Positions 13,001 to 25,000 of a DNA stretch of 64,000 bases are shown in pieces. Under the pieces are notes generated by a model. It ran no database searches, was not told the DNA's origin, and saw only the letters and a list, made by a program, of their open reading frames with translations. Source of the stretch: Chiloscyllium plagiosum (lineage: Eukaryota); NCBI RefSeq assembly GCF_004010195.1, contig NC_057727.1:38343944-38407943 (forward strand). Reading direction: 5' to 3'. A program made the position numbers and the translations under genes. How positions within the stretch are numbered: the stretch's first letter is position 1; each line of letters begins with the position of its first letter.

Positions 13001-16000
13001 TGTCCCCAACTTGAAGCCAAAGTTCTCCTGAACATGGATGAAGCCCCTGCATCATAAACCCCTTCCCATCCATGCTTTACTTAATACCCCTTTGCAGATA
13101 CTGTTGCCCTTTTTACAGTTGTCATCCTACCTTCCCCCAGCCTGTATGCCCCAGTTCCGAAGCATAGCTTGCTAAGATGCTTTCCAAAGTAGTAGCCCCT
13201 TTCTCACCCCCACGCTGGTGGATCAAGTAAGGTGCCATGATGGTCATCAGAGGTTGCCAAATGCCAGGTACCAATGTCGGTGGATAAAGGATGTATGTGA
13301 CTGATGCCTGTGGATCATGCATCCAATATTTCCAGGACCACATCCTTTTTATTCTGAGATACATACTATCAAACCTGAGGGATTTGTCAGTTGCTGTTTG
13401 GAGTGGAGCCGCATGGAGCTTTGACACAGCCAGCGGTGAGCTGAAGTCACCAGCTTCATGATTTCCATGTCAATAATTCTTGATGTTGAGCTTGTTTGGT
13501 GCATTTGGTTAAATAGAAAGCTGAATATTAATAAGGAGGGTTAGGATGTTAACGAGAGGTTTAGCAAGCTATTGTTTCCTCCTTAATTGAAAGCTTGCCG
13601 CTGCCCAGTGAGAAACTTTGTAAAAAGCATAAATGGTGCAAAGAGATACTCACGACATCCAGATGTGCCTTGACAGACTTCTCATTCCCATTCTGTCACA
13701 CATCTCGGCATAGCCATGTGACTTCGACCCCTAGGAATCCAGCACTGAGTAACTCACCTCCTGACTCTCCAAAGCCTGTCCATAATCTACAAAGGCAGAA
13801 GGCACAAGTGCGATGGAATACTCCCCACTTGTCTGGATGGGTGCAGCTCCAACAACTCTCAAGAAGTTTGACACCATCCAGAACAAAAGAAAACCACAAG
13901 CATCTACTATTTCCACCACTGACACTCAGTAGCAGCAGTGTATACTCTCTACAAGATGCACAGCAGAATTTCACCAAAGATCCTTAATCAGCACCTACAA
14001 AATCCATAGCATCTACCATCTAGAAAGACAAGGGCAGCAGATACATGGGAACACCACCACCTGCAAGCTCCCCGCGAAGCCACTCACCATCCTGACTTGG
14101 AGATGTAACACCATTCCTTCAATGTTGTTGGTCAAAATCCTAGAATTAGTTTCCTTGGGCGTTGTTGGTCCATCTACAGTACATGGACCATTGTGGTTCA
14201 AGAAAGTAGCTCACCACCACTTCTCAAGGGAACTAGGGTTTAGTAATAAATGCTGACCCAACCAGTGATACTCACAACTCCTGAGTTAATTTTTCAAAAG
14301 GATCTGCAAGCCCTGGCACATTAGGCATTACTTGGTAAAACATTTCAAATGAAAATGGGAAAATTCAGCCAAGTGACTCACATGCCGTTGACTCAAGGAC
14401 ATCAAAGATATAAGGATCCTTCTCAAATATGGGACTAAAGTCATTCACAGGTGTAATTTCTACAAACACCGTAGCAGTTGCTGTTGGAAGCAATTAGAGG
14501 AAGTTATTCCTTTACAAGTGTCATTTTATGGTCTTGCCTGTAATATGCAAAAACACAACACAACTCTGAACATAATTTTCTTTGGTTCATTTCATGCTGT
14601 ACTCAGCTCAAAGATCATTACTGCTTGACACAATCAATGCCTGGCATTTTGAATCACTGAATGGCAATGATTCCACTCTAAGCCCTAAATATGTACATGT
14701 TACCATAACAGTCACTTTTCAGGCTAATGGTAAGTCCATGACCTGAAGATTACATTTTAGTCATTATATAGCAATGAAACTGCAAACACCAATGGTACAA
14801 GAAAAGTGAAGGAGCTTTTCTTCCCAAACATTGCATAGGAGAAATTCCAACTTTTTTAATAGCTTGACCAATTTTATAAAGTGAATCACATTGTGAGGAA
14901 TTTTATGGGGAATTGTTGAAAGCATAAATCATTTATTTCCATAAAATTACACACTTCCCTGTAACAGATTATATTTGTTTCTTACAGCCAAATTTTCAAA
15001 GTTGTATTTTTAGACCATCAAGAGGAGACCACAGCACAATAACCAAAGTAGTTCTTTGTAATTCACATAATGAAATAATATGGTCTGCTTTGTCATTTTT
15101 GTTTACTAAACCGCAAGCATAGTGTTAAATAAAATCTGCAAAATTTAGCAGTAATGAGTGTGAGTGTGCTATTAACAAGAGACATAATTGCATGGTACAA
15201 GAAATTGCTTGAAACTGCTCACTGTGTTGGCTTTGTAGGAGGCTTGGCAAACAGCAGTAAAAAAAAACGACTGAAGGAGGCCAGCAACATCTTAATAAAA
15301 TGGGCAGATTGGCTGTAGATGCAAGTAATGTGGAGGAGTGTGGGAGGAAAATCAAGGAATGGTAGTTTATAATTAATGGAAAGAAGGGTGTGGATAAACA
15401 TAGGGTTCAAAGATGTAATTCATTGACAGTGGGAGTGCAGGTGGGTAACGCCATAAAAAGGTCAAAAGTACTTGGCTTTCAGAAATAGAGGAAGAAAGTA
15501 AAAGAACAATCAGTAGTTTAAGTAAAATAGCTTATGCCATGATAGTCAATCGTTTGCTGTAGTAGCTCTTTTCAAATGGTTTAGTAATCATGGATACACC
15601 TTCCCCATCTACATGATGACACCATATAATTGAAGGCAGACTAGATGATTTGCATCAGGAGGATAGACAACTTGAAATTGAGAATGGGAGGCTCCTTCAA
15701 GATATTAGGAGAAAGTGAGGGCTGCAGATGCTGGAGATCAGAGCTGAAAAATTTGTTGCTGGAAAAGCGCAGCAAGTCAGGCAGCATCCAAGGAGCAGGA
15801 GAATCGACGTTTTAGGCATAAGCCTGAAGAAGGGCTTATGCCCGAAACGTCGATTCTCTTGCTCCTTGGATGCTGCCTGACCTACTGCAGTTTTCCAGCA
15901 ACACATTTATCAGCTCCTTCAAGATACTGAAGAGGAAAAATCAAGCCTGCAAACTATAGAGGAATGAAAACGATTGCCAGAATTTCACAAAGATGGAATA

Positions 16001-19000
16001 TTCTCTCTGACCTTTAAAAAATGCAGTTGATACTCCAACGCTGAAATCTTCCCTCCATTTCCAATAACTAATTATTTCCAGGAAGGCGAGGGAGAAGTGC
16101 ATGAATCACATAAGAGGGTCATTTTGACTTAGTGATAAGCTCAAACAGACCTAATTTTAGCTGTTCAATGGGCCTTAACCCATATTATTTGTCATGAATT
16201 GATGGGGTAGACATTCATACTCTTGATAGGTAAGTGGGGTCTGTTAAAGTGTTATAAGCTGAAGTATTTTTTAAATCTCCCACCCTTGAAACATGAAAAA
16301 CATTAGGCTTAAACTATCAGTGACAGTTTGAAGAAAACACTGTCTGCTGAACCGCATTATTTGAGAGGGTATTGGTATAAGTTACAAAGGAATTGCCAAG
16401 TGACCATGCAGTTTTAATAAAGAGTTTTGTTGACATTTCCCCAAGGGTTGGTCATTATGAATATTTGGCTGAGTTTTAAATTCTACAGTTATCCCAATGG
16501 GAAACTAGATTCATAGTTTGAATGCTAATTTGTACATGTTATTAAAAGATTAGCTGTCTTTGATGTGTCTACTGAATAGAAGTTTGGTATCATAAAAAAT
16601 TAACCACTTGAGATTTCAGTGCTTTGAATTTGAATTTGCTTTGAATGGTTCTGGGCTGGAGAGATCACAGTGTCTAGAATAATCATGATGAACTCCTAGA
16701 GAAGCAAGGCAAGCCTTCTAACCAGCCTGCCTTGGCACTTGCCCACACCAATGGTCCCAAAGGATCTATTTTCAAGGCCATTGCCTCCAATTCAATACTC
16801 CAACATTGCCATGATGACCCGAAGAGGCTATTAAAGGTTTAGCTTTGATGTGACTACTGAATAGAAGTTTGTTTTCATAAGAGATTAATCACTTGATACT
16901 TTAATGCTTTGAACAGGTTGCTTATAACTCCATCTGCCCACTTCCCGAGAGTGAAACCACTCCTAACCAAGCCCTTTAAACTCAAATGGGTATGCTCTGT
17001 AGGGCTAATGCTCTCCTGACCTGAGTTGTAAGCTTCAGTAGCAAAGGCCTGGCCCCCATTTTGTCTTCTAGTACCAAGTTCAGTTCAAAACTTAGCAACC
17101 AGTATTAATTCACAGTGTCAACAGTATACAAGGAAATGTTTCACTCACCAGTGTGTGTTGAATCAGACGCTGCTATTGTCATTTGATATGTATGCCCCAC
17201 AGCAGCAACATCTGCATCTTCATAATCCAGGTCTTTGAGTCCCACCTAAGCACCAAACAAAGCTTGACAGATAGCAGTAATACATGTGCCAGTAAAACAA
17301 GCAATACAACTCTTATTGTGGTTTTTCATTTCTTGTTTGTTCTGAGTGTGTATGCAATGGAAACCTCTAAGAAAAGGCTGCCAGGTAAAAAACTTAAAAG
17401 ATAGAAAATCTGGGAAGGACTGTACGATTATTTGAGAAAGGACAGTGTAGTGATTGTAACAATGTCAGGCAGGTGGACTTCGAAGAATATAAGTTCTCTG
17501 ATTGGGGCTGCTAATCTGGTGCAATCAGAGAGCCCTGGCTGACAGATATAAATAGGAGTGTCCCCCCTCCAACTCTATTTTGATTTAGTCCCTCCCCTCC
17601 CCTTCACTGTTTTGATCACACAGCATTGTCCTTTTATGTGAAGGGCAGTGTTTGTCACTGGCCACTCGGGTATTTTCCTATCTTCCTGGTAGTGGAAATT
17701 GAATAAATATTCATGCACTTTGTGTCTTTCACTGTGTCTCACACCTGCAAAAAGAAAAAGAAAAAAAATAAAATAAATAAATAAATAGGAGTGTCAGAGG
17801 TTCTGCTCATTCTAGGAGCCAACTCTGAGGGAGCTGGATCAGTGTCAAGAACTCTCCACTTGTAAATAAAGGGTGACTTGGTGACAGGATACCAGCTTCT
17901 GCGGAGTGATTTCCGTTGGGAGTTCTCAATGTAAAAAATTCTGAGTTTAAACATTAACCTAAAACACTGATGAACTTTAGGAAGGCAGAGATTTCACCTT
18001 AAAACCGAAGAGGTGATTAGTCAAAGACCCAGACTGACTGCACTTCGCTACTAGAAACTCAAAACAATATCCTGCAACTACAAGAGATTGGGCTGAAAAC
18101 CTTTATCAAGCTGAGACTGAATTAATTTTAAAAATCTTCATTCCCTGCAGGGGAACAGAATTATATTTTTTTTGAGTTATTTCTTACATCTTTGGAACTT
18201 TCATGTTGTGTGGATGGATTGTTTCTGTACTCTCAGCTAGCACAGGAAGTATTGAGCTTAATGGCTTAAAGCTGGGTGGAAATCCTAAGGTGGACCATGA
18301 ATGATCTCAGCGATCTCCCTACCAAATAATCCCACCTTCACTACCTAAAATGTTACCTGGATTAGGGGGAGATGCAATGTGTGAGCTGAAGTGTCTCCCT
18401 TTACCAACATTTCCACCTCACATCAGATTCTAAATGTAAATTATGAATCCATCATTTGTCACAAGTACATAATCATTCTGCCTTTCCTCACTTGCCGAAT
18501 CAGGTTCTTGCTCTATGCTATACCAGCAGGCGTTCTTTGATAACAATAAGTATTAATGAAGATGTAGTTGATGAAGAATAAAAGATCCAATTTTCTTTAG
18601 TAATTCTTGAGCTTCTGGCCCTCCCCATACAACACCATAGTATGATGGAAAAAAATCTGCAAGTATAATAGTTATAGTGTGCAACTATATAATTTAAACC
18701 AATCTTGACACATTCTGAGATGACTCAAGTGTCTAACCAGGAGAAAAAGAGAGACCAAAAAAATAAATGTACAGGTTGCTAAAAGATATGGCAGTAAAAC
18801 TGCAGAGCACAGTGCAGTGTATCCATTAGATTCATGTTAGAATCAATTACCTCCAATCAAAATCAGGGAAATCAGAGTGCATTACCACTCAGTCTGGGTC
18901 TCTTGCCTGTAAGATGAAGAGTGCGTTAAAGGATTTTTCCTCTGGAACTCCGAGCACTTTTCATCTAATTTTCCAAGTGGCCATTACCTTTGATTTTACA

Positions 19001-22000
19001 TCCATCAATTGGTGTAATTTTTATACAATTACATGCTATTCTCAAAAACATACTCACTCCAGTAATGTACAAGAAACTCCAGATACAATATACTCAATCA
19101 ATAACTCCAACCTGTATGACGTTATCTGCGCCAGTCTTTTGCTTAAATATCATTCCAGGCCCAAGGGGACCACTTTGAGGAACATACGTTAATGCATCAC
19201 GTGGAGTGTCAGAGTCTTTACAGATTAAAACAGCGACTACTGTATCACGAAGGAGTAGTTCAGGAAGTGTAGTTCTAAAAGCAAATTAAAAAGCAGTCAC
19301 TGGGTACATTTCAACGGGCATCTTTCACACTGGTATGATTTTTCTAATCCACCTTCTTCATTACTATTACTGGTACTATTACTACTACTAACATTATTTC
19401 AAATAATGGTTCAGCCTGAACAATGCAGTAGTCCAAAAATATTTAGAAGTTCAAATTAGCTGATATTTTGCATAATATATAGCAACTATTTGTTGAATTC
19501 ACAACTATTCACATGTTTGCTAAGATTGCATTCTGTTGCAGAACATTGTGAGGGAAAATTTTGATAAGGCCTGAAAATGTGTTGGTCACTATACATGTCT
19601 AATGGAAACCTTTGTGTTCCAATGATTTGGAGGAGTCGGTGTCAGACTGGGGTGTACAAAAGTTAAAAATCACGCAACACCAGGTTATAATCCAACAGGT
19701 TTAATTGGAAGCACTAGCTTTCAAGGTGCTGCCCAATCAAAACAACAGCAGTTTTAAAAGGGAGAAGAACAGACAAAGGAAGCACATGGTGAGGCCATTG
19801 CAGGAGAGAGAGAGAGAGAACCTGTACAGTTACTACCTTTGATGTTTGAAGTCATTTATCGCTGGACATCGGAGTGCATCTGGGAAAATTATCAAATAGT
19901 GAAATTCACAACTGATCTTGGAGGAATTGTTGGGTGAAGTTCACAGCACAGGATCAGATAAGTTAATCATTGTTTTAAGTGTGGCCTACAGAGAATCAAC
20001 AGTAGTGAGTAGAGTGGGTTCTTTCTTGATTAAATGTTTTTAGAGATATATCTTTTGATTAAACTTAAAATATAAGCCATAACTATTAATTTAACCTGGG
20101 GCAGTGTTTGTAGAGGAATAAGACGGTGTCATCTTCTGGGTCTGTAGACTGTGAAGGAGCAAAAATGGCCTTTAATAGAGTGATATGTACTTCTTGTCAG
20201 ATGTGGGAGTTTAAAGAGAGTTTAAGGGTTACTGCAGATTATATCTGCCATAAATGCTGCTGGCTGCGAATCTTATCAGATCAAATGGATCGGTTGGAGA
20301 AACAGTCAGAAGCAATGTGAGGTTTGCAACGGCAACAGTACATGATGGATAAAAGGTATAGAAAGGGGGGAAAGTCTCAGATATAGTCACATAGATGGGT
20401 TAACTCTCGGAAAGGTAAGAGAGGTAGGCAGCTAGTGCAGGAGTCTTTTGTGGATATACCCATTTCAAACAGGTATGCTGTTTTGGAAAATGTAGGGGGT
20501 GATGGATTCTCAGGGGAACATAGTACGAACAGCCAAGTTTCTGGTATTGAGACTGGCTCTAATGCAATGAGGGGTACATCGGGTTCCAAGAGATCAATTG
20601 TGTTAGGGGATTCTCTAGTCTGAGGTACAGACAGACGTTCCTGTGGCCAGCAGAGAAAAAGCAGAATGGTGTGTTGCTTCCCTGGTGCCAGGATCAAGGA
20701 TGTCTCAGAGAGGGTGCAGAATGTTCTCACGGGGGAGAGGGGCCAGCAAGAGGTCATTGTCCATATTGGAACCAATGACATAGGAAGGGAAAAGGTTGAG
20801 ATTCTGAAGGGATATTACAGAGAGTTATGTAGAANNNNNNNNNNNNNNNNNNNNNNNNNNNNNNNNNNNNNNNNNNNNNNNNNNNNNNNNNNNNNNNNNN
20901 NNNNNNNNNNNNNNNNNNNNNNNNNNNNNNNNNNNNNNNNNNNNNNNNNNNNNNNNNNNNNNNNNNNNNNNNNNNNNNNNNNNNNNNNNNNNNNNNNNNN
21001 NNNNNNNNNNNNNNNNNNNNNNNNNNNNNNNNNNNNNNNNNNNNNNNNNNNNNNNNNNNNNNNNNNNNNNNNNNNNNNNNNNNNNNNNNNNNNNNNNNNN
21101 NNNNNNNNNNNNNNNNNNNNNNNNNNNNNNNNNNNNNNNNNNNNNNNNNNNNNNNNNNNNNNNNNNNNNNNNNNNNNNNNNNNNNNNNNNNNNNNNNNNN
21201 NNNNNNNNNNNNNNNNNNNNNNNNNNNNNNNNNNNNNNNNNNNNNNNNNNNNNNNNNNNNNNNNNNNNNNNNNNNNNGGATAGCATTACAGCTGTGCTGA
21301 GGGAGGATATTCCTGGAAATACATCCAGGGAAGTTATTTGGGTGGAACTGAGAAATAAGAAAGGGATGATCACCTTATTGGGATTGTATTATAGACCCCC
21401 TAATAGTCAGAGGGAAATTGAGAAACAAACTTGTTAGGAGATCTCAGCTATCTGTAAGAATAATAGGGTGGTTATGGTCGAGGATTTTAACTTTCCAAAC
21501 ATAGACTGGGACTGCCATAGTGTTAAGGGTCTAGATAGAGAGGAATTTGTTAAGTGTGTACAAGACAATTTTCTGATTCAGTATGTGGATGTACCTACTC
21601 TTGACCTACTCTTGGGAAATAAGGCAGGGCAGGTGACTGAGATGTCAGTGGGGGAGCACTTTGGGGCCAGCGACCACAATTCAATTAGATTTAAAATAAT
21701 TATGGAAAAGGATAGACCAGATGTAAAAGTTGAAGTTCTAAATTGGAGAAAGGCCAATTTGGACGGTATTAGGCAAGCACTTTCAAAAGCTGATTGTGGC
21801 CAGATGTTCACAGGTAAAGGGACGGCTGGAAAATGGGAATCCTTCAGAAATGAGATAACGAGAATCCAGACAAAGTATATTCCTGTTAGGGTGAAAGGAA
21901 AGGCTGCTAGGTAGAGGGAATGTTGGATGACTAAAGAAATTGAGGGTTTGGTTAAGAAACAAAGAAAGCATCTGTAAGGTATAGACAGGATAGATCGCGT

Positions 22001-25000
22001 GAACTTAGAAGAGTATAAAGGCAGTAGGAGTATACTTAAGAGGGAGATCAGGAGGGCAAAAAGGGGGCATGAGATAGTTTTGGCAAATAGAATTAAGGAG
22101 AATTCAAAGAGTTTTTACAAATACATTAAGGACAAAAGAGTAACTAGGGAGAGAATAGGGCCCCTCAAAGAACAGCAAGGCAGCCTTTGTGTGGAGCCGC
22201 AGAAAATGGGGGAGATACTAAATGAGTATTTTGCATCAGTATTTACTGTGGAAAAGGATATTGAAGATACAGACTGTAGGGAAATAGATGGTGACATCTT
22301 GAAAAATGTCCAGATTACAGAGGAGGAAGTGCTGGATGTCTTGAAAAGCATAAAAGTGGATAAATCCCCAGGACCTGATCAGGTGTACCCTATAACCCTG
22401 TGGGAAGCTAGAGAAGTGATTGCTGGACATCTTGCTGAAATATTTGTATCATCGATAGTCACAGGTGAGATGCTGGAAGACTGGAGGTTGGCTAACGTGG
22501 TGCCACTGTTTAAGAACGGTGGTAAGGACAAGTCGGGAAACTATAGACCAGTGAGCCTGATGTCAATGGTGGGCAAGTCGATGGAGGGAATCCTGAGGGA
22601 CAGGATGTACATGTATTTGGAAAGACAAGGACTGATTAGGGATAGTCAACATGGCTTTGTGCGTGGGAAATCATGTCTCACAAACTTGATTGAGTTTTTT
22701 GAGGAACTAACAACAAGAGGATTGATGAGGGCAGAGCAGTAACTGTGATCTATATGGACTTCAGTAAGGCGTTCNNNNNNNNNNNNNNNNNNNNNNNNNN
22801 NNNNNNNNNNNNNNNNNNNNNNNNNNNNNNNNNNNNNNNNNNNNNNNNNNNNNNNNNNNNNNNNNNNNNNNNNNNNNNNNNNNNNNNNNNNNNNNNNNNN
22901 NNNNNNNNNNNNNNNNNNNNNNNNNNNNNNNNNNNNNNNNNNNNNNNNNNNNNNNNNNNNNNNNNNNNNNNNNNNNNNNNNNNNNNNNNNNNNNNNNNNN
23001 NNNNNNNNNNNNNNNNNNNNNNNNNNNNNNNNNNNNNNNNNNNNNNNNNTGGAGTCGCAGGTAGATAGGATAGTGAAGAAGGTGTTTGGTATGCTTTCAT
23101 TTATTGGTCAAAGTATTGAGTACAGGAGTTGGGAGCTCATGTTGCAGCTGTACAGGACATTGGTTAGGCCACTGTTGGAATATTGTGTGCAATTCTGGTC
23201 TCCTTCCTATCGGAAAGATGTTGTGAAATGTGATAGGGTTCAGAAAAGATTTACAAGGATGTTGCCAGGGTTGGAGGATTTGAGCTATGGGGAGAGGCTG
23301 AACAGGCTGTTGCTGTTTTCCCTGGAGCATCAGAGGCTGAGGGGTGACCTTACAGAGGTTTACAAAATTATGAGGGGCATGGATAGGGTAAATACACAAA
23401 GCCTTTTCCCTGGGCTTGGGGAGTCCAGAACTTAGGGCATAGGTTTAGGGTGAGAGAGGAAAGATATAAAAGAGACCTAAGGGGCAACTTTTTCACACAG
23501 AGAGTGGTACATGTATGGAATGAGCTGCCAGAGGAAGTGGTGGAGGCTGGTACAATTGCAACATTTAAGAGGCATTTGGATGGGTATATGAATAGGAAGG
23601 GTTTGGAGGGATATGGGCCGTGTGCTGGCAGGTGGAACTTGACTGGTTTGGGATGTCTGGTCGGCGTGGACGGGTTGGACCGAAGGGTCTGTTTCCATGC
23701 TGTACATCTCTATGACTCTATGACCCTAAGATGGTTGAAGGAGCCAAAAGCTAGTGCTTCCAAATAAACCTGTTGGACTATAACCTGATGTGGTATGATT
23801 TTCAACTTTGTGTTCCAGTACAGGCAGCAAGCAAATGTTGTGCTCCCTACCTATTTATGTGATGCAGACTACAGACAGCACCATGCATGCTACTGAGAGA
23901 TTGCAGTTCAGAATAGGAAAATTAAGAGTTAAAGCTAATTTGTGCTTCTTAAAACAAGTCTGCATCTCTTAAAGGGGATGGGCTGCATTTTGGCTGGAAC
24001 CCATGCTGAATTTCACTACAGAAGTGAATTGAATCTACATAACAGAGTGAAACTCCAGGCTTTTTGGATGCAGCCCTGGAGGTCATGGTGCAGAGGTGGA
24101 CAGAAGAAGAGACGACCACTAAAAACAGTGTGGGAGGAAATCCTTGAGACAAATACTAGGGAGGCAATAATAGCAGTAATAATAGCAATAATAGCAGTCA
24201 GATGTTCAGGTTAGTTTGGCTCCAAGGGCTTGGATGTAATGCCAAAAGATGTGGAATGATTTCACATGAATATCAAGGTCTTCAAATGATATATCCCATC
24301 AAGTATATTACTAATCTCTATATTACTAATCTCAGAAACTGCTTTCTACATCACATCACTATAAAGTACCTACCAACACCATGTATCAATCACAATTCAT
24401 ACTTACGACACATAGTATTATCTCCCTGCTTGCAGTTTCATGTTCACAGTTCACAATGTGTAAATACCAGCGACTCAATTAACAGCCATGTAACCGAAAT
24501 ATATTGCGCTACATTTACTGCCACATTTCCCTCTTGCAGGACAAGAGGTAATAGGAACTAGTCAGCAAGACATATGGGAAAAGTCACTGGATCTGAGTGG
24601 CTTGCTGCTAGGCCAGAGAAAGGTAGCACAGGAGCCAGGAAAAGAAAAGTTGCGAATGGGTTTCACGGTAGAGGACTCAAGTGAGGAGATCAATGGGTGA
24701 CATTCAGAAATGGGCATGCAAAATGAAAAGTTCAGTTTGACGGAGGGTCTAACAAAAAACCTGCCCTCACTGCCAATAAGGAATCAAGCACCAACTTGAT
24801 ATAAGACTTCATGCAGAACTTAAAGTCAGTTCTTTCTAGTGTAAAACTGACGTCCAACTGGATGGAAAAATTTGTGAGCACAACTATGCTGCAGCATCAG
24901 ATGGCTTTTTTTTGTAAATATATTTATTAGCAAATGTATTTATTAGCAAAAAAAGTTTATTTTGATTTTACAAAAAAATGAAGTTATTGAAAATATAATA

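Noticed and set aside
15705-15912. Reading the hairpin elements as pre-miRNAs, CRISPR repeats or DNA-transposon MITEs
   Set aside because: Variable-length TSDs, asymmetric arms, no spacer array and linkage to a Penelope ORF remnant fit PLE pseudo-LTR products better.
18851-18906. Possible extra exon starting ARDPD with AG/GT ends
   Set aside because: In-frame stop after five codons; the exons at 19112 and 17245 join correctly without it.
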